Notes under the pieces: generated by a model
Seen by the model: the letters and a program-made list of their open reading frames with translations, nothing else
Databases searched by the model: none
What the model was told of the DNA's origin: nothing
Position numbers and translations under genes: made by a program
Shown here: positions 41,503 to 56,290 of the stretch, in pieces
How the letters are laid out: the number at the start of each line of letters is the position of its first letter
Numbering within the stretch: the stretch's first letter is position 1
Source: Eledone cirrhosa
Taxonomy: Eukaryota
Reading direction: 5' to 3'
NCBI GenBank assembly: GCA_964016885.1
Contig: OZ024766.1
Span: 14,570,001 to 14,634,000 of the forward strand
Length of the DNA stretch: 64,000 nt

Positions 41503-41882
41503 CCCTCTTCCTGCTATTTCAAGCATTAACCTAATATATTCCTTCCATATACTGTACTGATTGTATTGTTATTTCTGTTTACCCTTTACATACATATATA
41601 TATATATAAAATGGAAAAACTCGGTGTTTAAACAGCAAAATACCGTCAAAGCTGTGTTGGGTAAAACATTACCTCGAAGGACAGAAGTCAGCAACTTGAT
41701 GTGAGTTGACTCAAAGAAATGATCGGAAGGAAGAAATAGAATGGGTGAGAGGAGGTCACAAATATTAAAATACATTCATCATATCTCAGACCACCTGCAG
41801 TTTCAATGATTTATCTGAGATGACTGCGAAGAATGAGAGGCTCGTAACAACAGAGAAATAAATATCTTTGTTGGTACCCATT

Positions 41883-42920
41883 CTATTTCTTCCTTCCTAT
41901 CATTTCTTCACTATATTTATTGTTAATTCTCACCTTGCTCACCGTTTCTTTATACATGGCTCTCACATGCCATTCATCTACTCCTAGTTTTCTAAGGGTC
42001 CACCAGAAAATGTAGCTGAGGACTCTGTCTAAGGCTTTCTTCAAGTCAACGAAAGCTAAGTATAGGGGTTTACTTTTAGCTAGGTACTTCTCCTGTAGTT
42101 GTCGTACAAGGAAAAGAGTGTCTGTGGTACTTTTACCTGACACAAACCAAAACTGCATTTCATCTAGATCAATTCTGTCTCTGATTAGTTGTGCAATAAC
42201 TCTTTCTGTGACCTTCATGACCTGGTCAACTACCTTAATGCCTCTATAGTTTCCCCTATCTAGGGCATCTCTTTTAACCTTGTAGCAGTTAACGATGATG
42301 CTGCTATGCCAGTCATTTGGTATGACCCCATTCTGTATTACTTGGTTTACTGTCTGGGTGACCATAGTATGTCCCACCATTCCAGATGCTTTCAACATCT
42401 CAGCAACTATCTCCGAAGGCCCAGCTGCCTTCATATCTTTGATTGCCTTACTTATTATACTACCTTCAACTTGCACTGCTGGTCCCTCTATTGGATCAAT
42501 TTGGGGAAGACTATCTTTTTCCCATTTATTCTCCTCATTTAGTAGCCTCCCGTAGTGACACTTCTGAGCTATCTTCTTATCAGTAAAAGTGAGGGCAAGT
42601 ACACCATCATCATTAAGGACACACTTCTCCCTGACAGTATCACGATTTTCCTTGACACATTGTTTAGCAATCCTGAACACCTCAGGTTTTTGGTCCTCGT
42701 GTTGTAGAAAATGCTTGAACTTTCTATCCCCTGCTTCCCTTCTTGCAAGGTACACTTGTCTCCTAGATTCTCTCCTAGCCACTTGATAGTGTTCTCTACT
42801 TCCCCCATCCCACCATACTACTCCACCCAGCCCATTGTCATTTCCCACCCAGAAAGGTTTATAACATCGTTTTTTACCCACAATGAATCTAGCAGACCAG
42901 CCCCTCCATCTAGTCTCTTG
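41883..42920 (-). mobile_element. RTE-clade LINE ORF2 internal fragment (RT N-terminal half)
   Basis: KAAGPSEIVAEMLK, IPNDW, NYRGIK, EMQF.FVSGKSTTD, LQEKY and LAFVDLKKALDRV motifs. Confidence 0.92.
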
Positions 42921-42924
42921 AACA

Positions 42925-43038
42925 CAAATATATATATATAGATGTTCTCTCTCTCTGTCTATATATATATATAATCTCTCTCTCTCTCTCTATATATATA
43001 TATAGATGATCTCTCTCTCTCTATATATATATATATAA

Positions 43039-43074
<36 letters not shown>

Positions 43075-43108
43075 GATGATCTCTCTCTCTCTATATATAT
43101 ATATATAA

Positions 43109-43140
<32 letters not shown>

Positions 43141-43174
43141 GATGATCTCTCTCTCTGTCTATATATATATATAA

Positions 43175-43210
<36 letters not shown>

Positions 43211-43244
43211 GATGATCTCTCTCTCTATATATATATATATATAA

Positions 43245-43276
<32 letters not shown>

Positions 43277-43381
43277 GATGATCTCTCTCTCTATATATAT
43301 ATATATATAATCTCACTCTCTCTCTCTCTCTATATATATATAGATCATCTCTCTCTATATATATATATATATATAATCTCA

Positions 43382-43416
<35 letters not shown>

Positions 43417-43744
43417 GATGATCTCTTTCTCTCTCTATATATATAATCTCTCTCTCTCTATATATATAATCTCTCTCTCTCTCTATATATATATAGAGAG
43501 AGAGAGTGAGATTATATATATATATATATATATATAATCTATATATATATATATAATCTATCTATATATATTATCTCTCTCTCTCTCTATATATATATCA
43601 AAATCAGTTCCCGTCCCACCCTTGCAAGCAGGGAAAAAGCGGACGTAAAATGAAATGATGATGATGATGATAAGATCTCTCTCTCCCTATATATATATAT
43701 ATATATATATATAATCTCTCTCTCTCTCTATATATATATATAAC

Positions 43745-43777
<33 letters not shown>

Positions 43778-43780
43778 CTA
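42925..43780. repeat. Compound (TA)n/(TC)n microsatellite with higher-order periodicity
   Basis: Repeated [TA]n-GATGA-[TC]n-[TA]n-A-[TC]n blocks, with a SINE tail fragment at ~43600-43670. Confidence 0.93.
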
Positions 43781-44723
43781 CATACATACGCTATAATGTT
43801 GTCCAAAGGAATGGCTGAAACAGGTTGACACCAATGATGTCACAGCTCATAATTTAATATCCAATCTGATGAGTCCACTCCGGTTGCTAAGGTCTGGGAA
43901 GTTGAGTTTGTTACAAAAAAAATCACTAAAACCAAGATACAGGGTTGGTATAACTACCTGGTTTGTATGTGGTGTGGTGTGGTATGGTGTATGTCTGTTG
44001 TGTGTGATGTGGTGTGTGTGTGCAGAGTGATGTGGTTTTGTGTGTGTGTAGTATATAGAGGACATTTTACAAACATAGGACCTGTGTGTGGACTCTACAA
44101 GCCTCTACAAGCCTCTCAGGAATGGGTAAAGATAAAGAGAAGAAAGTTGTAAAGTATTTTCAAATGTTAATTTTTTAAAAAGTCCTAATTTGAACTGTCA
44201 TGACCGTACCATCCAACAAATATTAAAGTTGTAAAATTGTTTTTATTTAAACATAAATGTGGATATTTTGTCACAAATATGAATATAAACCAGTTGAGGT
44301 TTATAAAATAAATACATTCATCTTTTGTTTTGTTTTTCTTGCACTGATGGAGTCATAGGGGTGTCACTGTGGACATTTGAAGCTTGGTGGAGCCCTTCAC
44401 TCACCAGGGTGGAACAGTTGATTACTTCTTGAGAAGGAGAGAGAATAAGAGAGAGGAAGTGAGAAAGAAATATAGGGAGGAAGAACAGACCCCAGTGGTA
44501 GACTGGTACTTTTTTCTTATCAACCTTGAATGGATGAAAGGCAAAGTTGACCTCAGCAGGATTTAAACTCAGAGCTGAGAACCAGAACAAATATGGCAGA
44601 AAGCATTCTATCTATTGTTTTATAGACTTTAAATAACTGTTTCTACTTTTAACTCAAGGCCACAATTGGATGGGAAGGAGAAAGTTGATTAAATCAACCC
44701 CAGTAGATTACTGGTACTTTATT

Positions 44724-45026
<303 letters not shown>

Positions 45027-46329
45027 TTACATAAAGGATTCTCACTAATTTTACATATATATTAAGAAATATAGATATCGTTAATATATGTTATGTAGTC
45101 TAATATACAAAGGGTCCATAAAAGACTGCAGATCTCCGCTTTCTTCTTCTAAAAAGTTGTAATGTAGCATTTAGTTTGTACAAGTAATAAGTCATATGAC
45201 AGCCCAAGACTGATTTTCGACGAAGAAAATTCAAGCATATATTATATAATTCAATCAGAGAGAGAGAGAGAGAGAGAGAGAGTGAGAGGGGGGTAGAGAG
45301 ACGTGTGTGTGTGTTTAGAAATATGTGTGTAGGTGTTGTAATAAATCAAGATATTTCACTTCAGATAGAAAAGTTCACAATGTTTGTGTTGTGGTAGAAA
45401 AGGAAATAATACGTACTTTAGTTCTCAAGACGAAATATAAAGTCAAGAAAAGTTAGTAAAAACTAAATGTTCACTGATTTCTGATTAAAATAATATTTTC
45501 CTGTCCCGTAAAATGTTGAACAACCACTTCAATATTTAATAATACAGGTGATAAAACAACAACTATAAGGTAAATAAGTCACCTGATGTTATTTATAAAC
45601 ATTAACGTCCACCTTAATATGAAATAATCATCATAAAAGAGGAAGCGAGGGCATCGGCTACCGGCACCCGGGCTGCTCTTGGGATCCTGAGTGGGATCTT
45701 TCGCCACCACCTGAGCCAAGCGATGTTGACCAGCGAGGCTTGGGTGTCAGGCAAGCTCGTTGTCTCATCTGGTGGTGTGCTACATGACCGTGGCTGGGCA
45801 GACAAGGTGAAGAGACAGTTTCAGCTTCTCCACGCTGTGAGGGCACTGGAGGTTTGACGCGTCAAGCTAACACAGGTGAGATGGTGGAAGCAGCTGCACC
45901 CCATCAGTTCCGGCCCTTCTCCCGTCTATTCGTGGTGCTGCAGGTGTCGACTGCAGGGGATGGAGGATTGGGGGGGGGGACTGGGGCATGAAGCAGCATC
46001 AGGGGTGAGTGGCTGGTCGTCACCAGCCTAGGTGCTAGGCAGAACTGTGTGGGTGGAAGGGAAAATGCTGATAAGAGGGCCTCATAGCTCACTTACATCA
46101 GATATGGAGGCGTCAGAAGACAAGAGAGAAAAGAAAGGGTTGCATGGAGGGGGGGGGGTACACAAGATAGAATGTTAGCAAATAAATAAATGAATGGATG
46201 AATGTACAAAAAAGATAACAGGGGGTTGTTCCCAGTGGAAAGACCCAGATTTCAGCACGCACACATGCGAGCATGTTAGCAGTTTCTCATAGAACCTTGT
46301 GGCTAAAGGTGAGTCTTTCAATCCTGAAA

Positions 46330-49300
46330 ACATGTGTTGTTGTTATTGTCACTGATGATGGAGTTGGCTTCCTCTTGTTAATGGTAGTGTTTGTTGGTAA
46401 GATGTTGGTGTATACACATATGTTGTTGTTGTTGTTAATGACACCGCTGCTGTAGCTGCCTTCCTCTTGTTAATGGTAGTGTTTGTTGGTAAGATGTTGG
46501 TGTATACACATATGTTGTTGTTGTTGTTAATGACACCGCTGCTGTAGCTGCCTTCCTCTTGTTAATGGTAGTGTTTGTTGGTAAGATGTTGGTGTATACA
46601 CATATATATATTGTTGTTGTTGTTAATGTCACCGCTGCTGTAGCTGCCTTCCTCTTGTTAATGGTAGTGTTTGTTGGTAAGATGTTGGTGTATACACATA
46701 TGTTGTTGTTGTTAATGTCATTGCTGCTGTAGCTGCCTTCCTCTTGTTAATGGTAGTGTTTGTTGGTAAGATGTTGGTGTATACACATATGTTGTTGTTA
46801 ATGTCACCGCTGCTGTAGCTGCCTTCCTCTTGTTAATGGTAGTGTTTGTTGGTAAGATGTTGGTGTATACACATATGTTGTTGTTGTTGTTAATGTCACC
46901 GCTGCTGTAGCTGCCTTCCTCTTGTTAATGGTAGTGTTTGTTGGTAAGATGTTGGTGTATACACATATGTTGTTGTTGTTGGTAATGTCACTGCTGCTGT
47001 AGCTGCCTTCCTCTTGTTAATGGTAGTGTTTGTTGGTAAGATGTTGGTGTATACACATATGTTGTTGTTGTTAATGTCACCGCTGCTGTAGCTGCCTTCC
47101 TCTTGTTAATGGTAGTGTTTGTTGGTAAGATGTTGGTGTATACACATATATATGTTGTTGTTGTTGTTAATGTCACCGCTGCTGTAGCTGCCTTCCTCTT
47201 GTTAATGGTAGTGTTTGTTGGTAAGATGTTGGTGTATACACATATGTTGTTGTTGGTAATGTCACTGCTGCTGTAGCTGCCTTCCTCTTGTTAATGGTAG
47301 TGTTTGTTGGTAAGATGTTGGTGTATACACATATGTTGTTGTTGTTGTTAATGTCACCGCTGCTGTAGCTGCCTTCCTCTTGTTAATGGTAGTGTTTGTT
47401 GGTAAGATGTTGGTGTATACACACATGTTGTTGTTGTTAATGTCACCGCTGCTGTAGCTGCCTTCCTCTTGTTAATGGTAGTGTTTGTTGGTAAGATGTT
47501 GGTGTATACACATATGTTGTTGTTAATGTCACCGCTGCTGTAGCTGCCTTCCTCTTGTTAATGGTAGTGTTTGTTGGTAAGATGTTGGTGTATACACATA
47601 TGTTGTTGTTGTTAATGTCACCGCTGCTGTAGCTGCCTTCCTCTTGTTAATGGTAGTGTTTGTTGGTAAGATGTTGGTGTATACACATATGTTGTTGTTG
47701 TTGTTAATGTCACCGCTGCTGTAGCTACCTTCCTCTTGTTAATGGTAGTGTTTGTTGCTAAGATGTTGGTGTATACACATATGTTGTTGTTAATGTCACC
47801 GCTGCTGTAGCTGCCTTCCTCTTGTTAATGGTAGTGTTTGTTGGTAAGATGTTGGTGTATACACATATGTTGTTGTTGTTGTTAATGTCACCGCTGCTGT
47901 AGCTGCCTTCCTCTTGTTAATGGTAGTGTTTGTTGGTAAGATGTTGGTGTATATACACATGTTGTTGTTGTTGTTAATGTCACCGCTGCTGTAGCTGCCT
48001 TCCTCTTGTTAATGGTAGTGTTTGTTGGTAAGATGTTGGTGTATACACATGTTGTTGTTGTTGTTAATGTCACCGCTGCTGTAGCTGCCTTCCTCTTGTT
48101 AATGGTAGTGTTTGTTGGTAAGATGTTGGTGTATACACATATGTTGTTGTTGTTAATGTCACCGCTGCTGTAGCTGCCGTCCTCTTGTTAATGGTAGTGT
48201 TTGTTGGTAAGATGTTGGTGTATACACATATGTTGTTGTTGTTAATGTCACCGCTGCTGTAGCTGCCTTCCTCTTGTTAATGGTAGTGTTTGTTGGTAAG
48301 ATGTTGGTGTATACACATATGTTGTTGTTGTTAATGTCACCGCTGCTGTAGCTGCCTTCCTCTTGTTAATGGTAGTGTTTGTTGGTAAGATGTTGGTGTA
48401 TACACATGTTGTTGTTGTTAATGTCACCGCTGCTGTAGCTACCTTCCTCTTGTTAATGGTAGTGTCTGTTGGTGTATACACATATGTTGTTGTTGTTGTT
48501 AATGACACCGCTGCTGTAGCTGCCTTCCTCTTGTTAATGGTAGTGTTTGTTGGTAAGATGTTGGTGTATACACATATGTTGTTGTTGTTGTTAATGTCAC
48601 CGCTGCTGTAGCTGCCTTCCTCTTGTTAATGGTAGTGTTTGTTGGTAAGATGTTGGTGTATACACATATGTTGTTGTTAATGTCACCGCTGCTGTAGCTG
48701 CCTTCCTCTTGTTAATGGTAGTGTTTGTTGGTAAGATGTTGGTGTATACACATATGTTGTTGTTAATGTCACCGCTGCTGTAGCTGCCTTCCTCTTGTTA
48801 ATGGTAGTGTTTGTTGGTAAGATGTTGGTGTATACACATATGTTGTTGTTGTTAATGTCACCGCTGCTGTAGCTGCCTTCCTCTTGTTAATGGTAGTGTT
48901 TGTTGGTAAGATGTTGGTGTATACACATATGTTGTTGTTGTTAATGTCACCGCTGCTGTAGCTGCCTTCCTCTTGTTAATGGTAGTGTTTGTTGGTAAGA
49001 TGTTGGTGTATACACATATGTTGTTGTTGTTAATGTCACTGCTGCTGTAGCTGCCTTCCTCTTGTTAATGGTAGTGTTTGTTGGTAAGATGTTGGTGTAT
49101 ACACATATGTTGTTGTTGTTAATGTCACCGCTGCTGTAGCTGCCTTCCTCTTGTTAATGGTAGTGTTTGTTGGTAAGATGTTGGTGTATACACATATATA
49201 TGTTGTTGTTGTTGTTAATGTCACCGCTGCTGTAGCTGCCTTCCTCTTGTTAATGGTAGTGTTTGTTGGTAAGATGTTGGTGTATACACATATGTTGTTG

Positions 49301-52300
49301 TTGTTGTTAATGTCACCGCTGCTGTAGCTGCCTTCCTCTTGTTAATGGTAGTGTTTGTTGGTAAGATGTTGGTGTATACACATATGTTGTTGTTAATGTC
49401 ATTGCTGCTGTAGCTGCCTTCCTCTTGTTAATGGTAGTGTTTGTTGGTAAGATGTTGGTGTATACACATGTTGTTGTTGTTGTTAATGTCACCGCTGCTG
49501 TAGCTGCCTTCCTCTTGTTAATGGTAGTGTTTGTTGGTAAGATGTTGGTGTATACACATGTTGTTGTTGTTAATGTCACCGCTGCTGTAGCTGCCTTCCT
49601 CTTGTTAATGGTAGTGTTTGTTGGTAAGATGTTGGTGTATACACATATGTTGTTGTTAATGTCACCGCTGCTGTAGCTGCCTTCCTCTTGTTAATGGTAG
49701 TGTTTGTTGGTAAGATGTTGGTGTATACACATATGTTGTTGTTGTTGTTAATGTCACCGCTGCTGTAGCTGCCTTCCTCTTGTTAATGGTAGTGATTGTT
49801 GGTAAGATGTTGGTGTATACACATATGTTGTTGTTGTTGTTAATGTCACCGCTGCTGTAGCTGCCTTCCTCTTGTTAATGGTAGTGTTTGTTGGTAAGAT
49901 GTTGGTGTATACACATATGTTGTTGTTAATGTCACCGCTGCTGTAGCTGCCTTCCTCTTGTTAATGGTAGTGTTTGTTGGTAAGATGTTGGTATATACAC
50001 ATATGTTGTTGTTGTTGTTAATGTCACCGCTGCTGTAGCTGCCTTCCTCTTGTTAATGGTAGTGTTTGTTGGTAAGATGTTGGTGTATACACATATGTTG
50101 TTGTTGTTAATGACACCGCTGCTGTAGCTGCCTTCCTCTTGTTAATGGTAGTGTTTGTTGGTAAGATGTTGGTGTATACACATATGTTGTTGTTAATGTC
50201 ATTGCTGCTGTAGCTGCCTTCCTCTTGTTAATGGTAGTGTTTGTTGGTAAGATGTTGGTGTATACACATATATATGTTGTTGTTGTTGTTGTTGTTAATG
50301 TCACTGCTGCTGTAGCTGCCTTCCTCTTGTTAATGGTAGTGTTTGTTGGTAAGATGTTGGTGTATACACATATGTTGTTGTTGTTGTTAATGTCACCGCT
50401 GCTGTAGCTGCCTTCCTCTTGTTAATGGTAGTGTTTGTTGGTAAGATGTTGGTGTATACACATATATATGTTGTTGTTGTTGTTGTTGTTAATGTCACTG
50501 CTGCTGTAGCTGCCTTCCTCTTGTTAATGGTAGTGTTTGTTGGTAAGATGTTGGTGTATACACATATGTTGTTGTTGTTAATGTCACCGCTGCTGTAGCT
50601 GCCTTCCTCTTGTTAATGGTAGTGTTTGTTGGTAAGATGTTGGTGTATACACATATGTTGTTGTTGTTGTTAATGTCACCGCTGCTGTAGCTGCCTTCCT
50701 CTTGTTAATGGTAGTGTTTGTTGGTAAGATGTTGGTGTATACACATATGTTGTTGTTGTTAATGTCACCGCTGCTGTAGCTGCCTTCCTCTTGTTAATGG
50801 TAGTGTTTGTTGGTAAGATGTTGGTGTATACACATATGTTGTTGTTGTTGTTAATGTCACCGCTGCTGTAGCTGCCTTCCTCTTGTTAATGGTAGTGTTT
50901 GTTGGTAAGATGTTGGTGTATACACATATGTTGTTGTTGTTGTTAATGTCACCGCTGCTGTAGCTGCCTTCCTCTTGTTAATGGTAGTGTTTGTTGGTAA
51001 GATGTTGGTGTATACACATATGTTGTTGTTGTTAATGACACCGCTGCTGTAGCTGCCTTCCTCTTGTTAATGGTAGTGTTTGTTGGTAAGATGTTGGTGT
51101 ATACACATATGTTGTTGTTAATGTCATTGCTGCTGTAGCTGCCTTCCTCTTGTTAATGGTAGTGTTTGTTGGTAAGATGTTGGTGTATACACATATGTTG
51201 TTGTTGTTGTTAATGTCACCGCTGCTGTAGCTGCCTTCCTCTTGTTAATGGTAGTGTTTGTTGGTAAGATGTTGGTGTATACACATATGTTGTTGTTGTT
51301 GTTAATGTCACCGCTGCTGTAGCTGCCTTCCTCTTGTCAATGGTAGTGTTTGTTGGTAAGATGTTGGTGTATACACATATGTTGTTGTTAATGTCATTGC
51401 TGCTGTAGCTGCCTTCCTCTTGTTAATGGTAGTGTTTGTTGGTAAGATGTTGGTGTTGTTCATGTCACTGCTGCTGTTGTTGCCTTCCTCTTGTTAATGG
51501 TAGTGTTTGTTGGTAAGATGTTGGTGTTGTTCATGTCACTGCTGCTGTTGTTGCCTTCCTCTTGTTAATGGTAGTGTTTGTTGGTAAGATGTTGGTGTTG
51601 TTCATGTCACTGCTGCTGTTGTTGCCTTCCTCTTGTTAATGGTAGTGTTTGTTGGTAAGATGTTGGTGTTGTTCATGTCACTGCTGCTGTTGTTGCCTTC
51701 CTCTTGTTAATGGTAGTGTTTGTTGGTAAGATGTTGGTGTATACACATATGTTGTTGTTGGTAATGTCACCGCTGCTGTAGCTGCCTTCCTCTTGTTAAT
51801 GGTAGTGTTTGTTGGTAAGATGTTGGTGTATACACATATGTTGTTGTTGTTAATGTCACCGCTGCTGTAGCTGCCTTCCTCTTGTTAATGGTAGTGTTTG
51901 TTGGTAAGATGTTGGTGTATACACATATATATGTTGTTGTTGTTGTTAATGTCACCGCTGCTGTAGCTGCCTTCCTCTTGTTAATGGTAGTGTTTGTTGG
52001 TAAGATGTTGGTGTATACACATATGTTGTTGTTGGTAATGTCACTGCTGCTGTAGCTGCCTTCCTCTTGTTAATGGTAGTGTTTGTTGGTAAGATGTTGC
52101 TGTATACACATATGTTGTTGTTGTTAATGTCACCGCTGCTGTAGCTGCCTTCCTCTTGTTAATGGTAGTGTTTGTTGGTAAGATGTTGGTGTATACACAT
52201 ATGTTGTTGTTGTTCATGTCACTGCTGCTGTTGTTGCCTTCCTCTTGTTAATGGTAGTGTTTGTTGGTAAGATGTTGGTGTATACACATATGTTGTTGTT

Positions 52301-53062
52301 GTTCATGTCACTGCTGCTGTTGTTGCCTTCCTCTTGTTAATGGTAGTGTTTGTTGGTAAGATGTTGGTGTATACACATATGTTGTTGTTGTTCATGTCAC
52401 TGCTGCTGTTGTTGCCTTCCTCTTGTTAATGGTAGTGTTTGTTGGTAAGATGTTGGTGTATACACATATGTTGTTGTTGTTAATGTCACCGCTGCTGTAG
52501 CTGCCCTCCTCTTGTTAATGGTAGTGTTTGTTGGTAAGATGTTGGTGTATACACATATGTTGTTGTTGTTAATGTCACCGCTGCTGTAGCTGCCCTCCTC
52601 TTGTTAATGGTAGTGTTTGTTGGTAAGATGTTGGTGTATACACATATGTTGTTGTTGTTAATGTCACCGCTGCTGTAGCTGCCCTCCTCTTGTTAATGGT
52701 AGTGTTTGTTGGTAAGATGTTGGTGTATACACATATGTTGTTGTTGTTAATGTCACCGCTGCTGTAGCTGCCCTCCTCTTGTTAATGGTAGTGTTTGTTG
52801 GTAAGATGTTGGTGTATACACATATGTTGTTGTTGTTAATGTCACCGCTGCTGTAGCTGCCCTCCTCTTGTTAATGGTAGTGTTTGTTGGTAAGATGTTG
52901 GTGTATACACATATGTTGTTGTTGTTAATGTCACCGCTGCTGTAGCTGCCTTCCTCTTGTTAATGGTAGTGTTTGTTGGTAAGATGTTGGTGTATACACA
53001 TATGTTGTTGTTGTTAATGTCACCGCTGCTGTAGCTGCCTTCCTCTTATTAATGGTAGTGAT
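46330..53062. repeat. ~89-bp tandem satellite, roughly 75 copies, containing variable (GTT)n
   Basis: Unit ATGTCACCGCTGCTGTAGCTGCCTTCCTCTTGTTAATGGTAGTGTTTGTTGGTAAGATGTTGGTGTATACACATAT(GTT)nA. Periods of 86, 89 and 92 bp, with 71-bp variants near 51400-51700. Confidence 0.98.
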
Positions 53063-55447
53063 AATTGTTGGTGCTACCTATATCGGCTGTCAAGCTGGCT
53101 GCTCTATCAGCTTCTGTGAGTGATGCTCCAATGGCCTTCTTGACGGAAAATGCAGGTCAATGGCTTTTAAATAAATATATTCTCTATTTTTTTTTCTCTC
53201 TTTCTAATCCGATTCAATATCATCAATTGGAAAGACCAATGGAAACATTGTTTCCTTGGTCCAATCTGATGAGTTCCACTCCACTTGGTAAGTAAGAACG
53301 AAGATGTTGAGATTTGTTACCAAAAAATCACTAAAATCAAGATCCTGGGTTGGTATAACTACCTGGTTTGTATGTGTTGCGGTATGGTATGTGGTGTGTT
53401 GTGGTGTGGTATGTGGTGTGATGTGATATGTGGTGTAGTGTGGTTTGGTGTGGTGTGGTATGTGGGGTGTTGTGGTGAGGCATGATGTGTATATTGTGGT
53501 GTGTGTGTGCAGGGTGATGTGTAGTGTAAAGAGGAAATTTTACACACATAGGACCTAGAAGGGGTGTGTGAGGACTCTACCCCCTACAACCCTCTCAGAA
53601 ATAAATGGCTGAAGAAAAAGAGAAGAAAGTTGTAAAGTATTTTCAAATGTGAATTATTTTTTTAAAAAGTCAAAATTTCAACTGTCATTAAAGTACCATC
53701 CAACAAATATCAAAGTTATGCAATTGTTTTTATTTACACATGTGGATATTTTGTCAAATATAAACCAGTTAAGGTTTACAAAATAAACACATATAAATAC
53801 ATCAATGTTTTTGTTTTTTTTAAATGTAGTCATAAGGGTGACACTGTGGACATAGAAGAGAGAATAAGAGGGAGGAAGTGAGATAGAAATATAGAGAGGA
53901 AGAACAGACCCCAGTGGTAGACTGGTATTGTTTTTATCAACCTTGAATGGACGAAAGAAAGTTGACCTCAGCAGGATTTAAACCCAGAGAGCAGAGAACC
54001 AGGATAAATATGGCAGAAAACATTCTATCTATTGTTTTATAGACTTTAAATAAATGTTTCTACATTTGACTCAAGGCCAGCAATTTGAAGAGAAAGGGGA
54101 ATGCCAATTAAATCAGGCCCAGTGCATTACTGGTATTGTTTTTTATCAACCTTGAATGGATGAAAGTCAAAGTAGACCATGGCATGATTTAAACCCAGAA
54201 CATAAAGGGTTGTAACTTTATGACACAAAGCATATCGTATGACACTCTACTGATTCTGCAAATCCATCACCTTCAACAATGAAATGAGATTGTGTCTCTG
54301 TAAGAGCCCTTAATGACAAATAATACAGGGTGTATTTGTTAATTACAATACAAAACCTCTGCGAATGATTTCCAACATATTTCACCATAATAAATGTTCT
54401 TCAATATATATTAATATTATTATTATTTTCTGCTAGCATGTGTAGTGTGTATATTGATATTATACGCAGGTATATATATACATGTAGACATGATACTTCA
54501 AATAAAATCATAATTGACAATATATAATACATAGAAAATGTACAAAGACTGTGTTACACTCTCTTATTTAACCAGTAACGTAATCCATGATACATTAAAA
54601 AAGACAATATTATATATAAACTGCATTAGGAGAAAATTAGTGACGGTAATATATGAATGTTTATTTAAGCGATGGCTAACCGGAAGTGTTGCCATTTCAG
54701 AAATTTTAAAGAGATGAATCTTTAAACAAAATATATTTAATCAACAGCCACGAAATTTAGTAGATAAATTATGTAATATTCATTCATTATTCATTCATGC
54801 TTTGATGCATTGAGGTATGGCCCTTGCTATTCTGAGTTCAAATCCCACCGAGGTTAACTTTGCCTTTCATCCTTACGGGGCCGATAAAATAAAGTACCAG
54901 TAATGTAGAAACAATTATTTATTCAAAGTAATGCAACTTATTTTACTAGTGGGATAAAACATTATAAACCGTACACAGTCCCGCGCTCCTTACTTTAGAT
55001 TTATTAGGTCAGCTGGATTGGCCATAACAATTCTACTCTTCTTTTTTAGATGTCACAATCTCCCATGGTATTCCTGAGATCATTAATCTCCAGCTGGACA
55101 TCCTGAGACATCTGATCTATGTAGGTCAATCTCAGTCATCCCACTAGGGTCTTACAATGTTTAGGTATCCACCACAATAGCCAGCTCATCCTACCCTCAG
55201 TAGCAATGTCCAGCTTATCTTGTCCTCCGCTCCCTAGTTATTGTGGTAATCTTTGATATATGTCAGTATATTTCTGCCCTTTGAGTAATGTATTAAAAAA
55301 TAAAAATAATAAAATATATATATATATATACACACACACACAAATATATGTTGAGATGTATAAGATTTCTCAAGCTTCACATTTTATATTCTGCCTTCCA
55401 AATTGTGTCTATATATTTATGTTTTTCATATTTCACAGTGATGGGGT

Positions 55448-56290
55448 TTACCGCAAATGTTGACTACGTAGGTGAACAACCAGTGACGAATTCACAGTGA
55501 AAGATTTCCCGCATATTTCACACGAATAAGGTTTTTCACCAGTATGTATTCTTTTGTGACGTATAAGATGAGAACTCAGAGAAAAAGATTTCCCACATAT
55601 TTCACACGAATAAGGTTTTTCACCAGTGTGTATTCTTTTGTGACGTTCAAGATTAGAACTCCGAGAAAAAGATTTACCACATATTTCACAATGGAAGGGT
55701 TTTTCACCAGTATGTATTCTTTTGTGTTTTACAAGATGAGAACTATCAGAAAAAGATTTCCCACATATTTCACATGAATAAAGTTTTTCACCAGTATGTA
55801 TTCTTGTGTGTTTTACAAGATTAGAACTATCAGAAAAAGATTTCCCACATATTTCACATGAATAAGGTTTTTCTCCTGTGTGCTTTCTTTTGTGTTGTAC
55901 AAGATTGTACTTCTGGGTGAAAGATTTCCCACATATTTCACAATGGAAGGGTTTTTCGCCAGTGTGTGTTCTTTTGTGAGGTTCAAGTTGAGAACTATGA
56001 GAAAATGATTTCCCACATATTTCACAATGGAAGGGTTTTTCACCAGTGTGTGTTCTTTTGTGAGGTTCAAGTTGAGAACTCTGAGAAAATGATTTCCCAC
56101 ATATTTCACAATGGAAGGGGTTTTCTCCAGTGTGACTCCGTATGTGGACGACAAGAGCAGAATTATTTATGAAAGATTTCCCACATATTTCACAGTGGAA
56201 GGTTTTTTCTCTGTGTATTTTCTCGTGTGAGGATAGTTTCAGTCTCGAAGAGAAAGTTTTCCTGCAAATCTCACAACTATATTCAGACAT
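55448..56290 (-). CDS. C2H2 (Kruppel-type) zinc-finger protein, 10 tandem fingers, 280 aa
   Basis: Uninterrupted ORF from ATG to stop with repeated CEICGKSF....L..H...H and TGEKP[FY] linkers. No effector domain is visible. Confidence 0.92.
   Translation of the reverse strand: MSEYSCEICRKTFSSRLKLSSHEKIHREKTFHCEICGKSFINNSALVVHIRSHTGENPFHCEICGKSFSQSSQLEPHKRTHTGEKPFHCEICGKSFSHSSQLEPHKRTHTGEKPFHCEICGKSFTQKYNLVQHKRKHTGEKPYSCEICGKSFSDSSNLVKHTRIHTGEKLYSCEICGKSFSDSSHLVKHKRIHTGEKPFHCEICGKSFSRSSNLERHKRIHTGEKPYSCEICGKSFSLSSHLIRHKRIHTGEKPYSCEICGKSFTVNSSLVVHLRSQHLR

Noticed and set aside
46273-51955. Thr-rich mucin-like ORFs in the satellite
   Set aside because: Most monomer lengths (86, 89, 92, 71 bp) are not multiples of three and stops recur, so no sustained frame exists.
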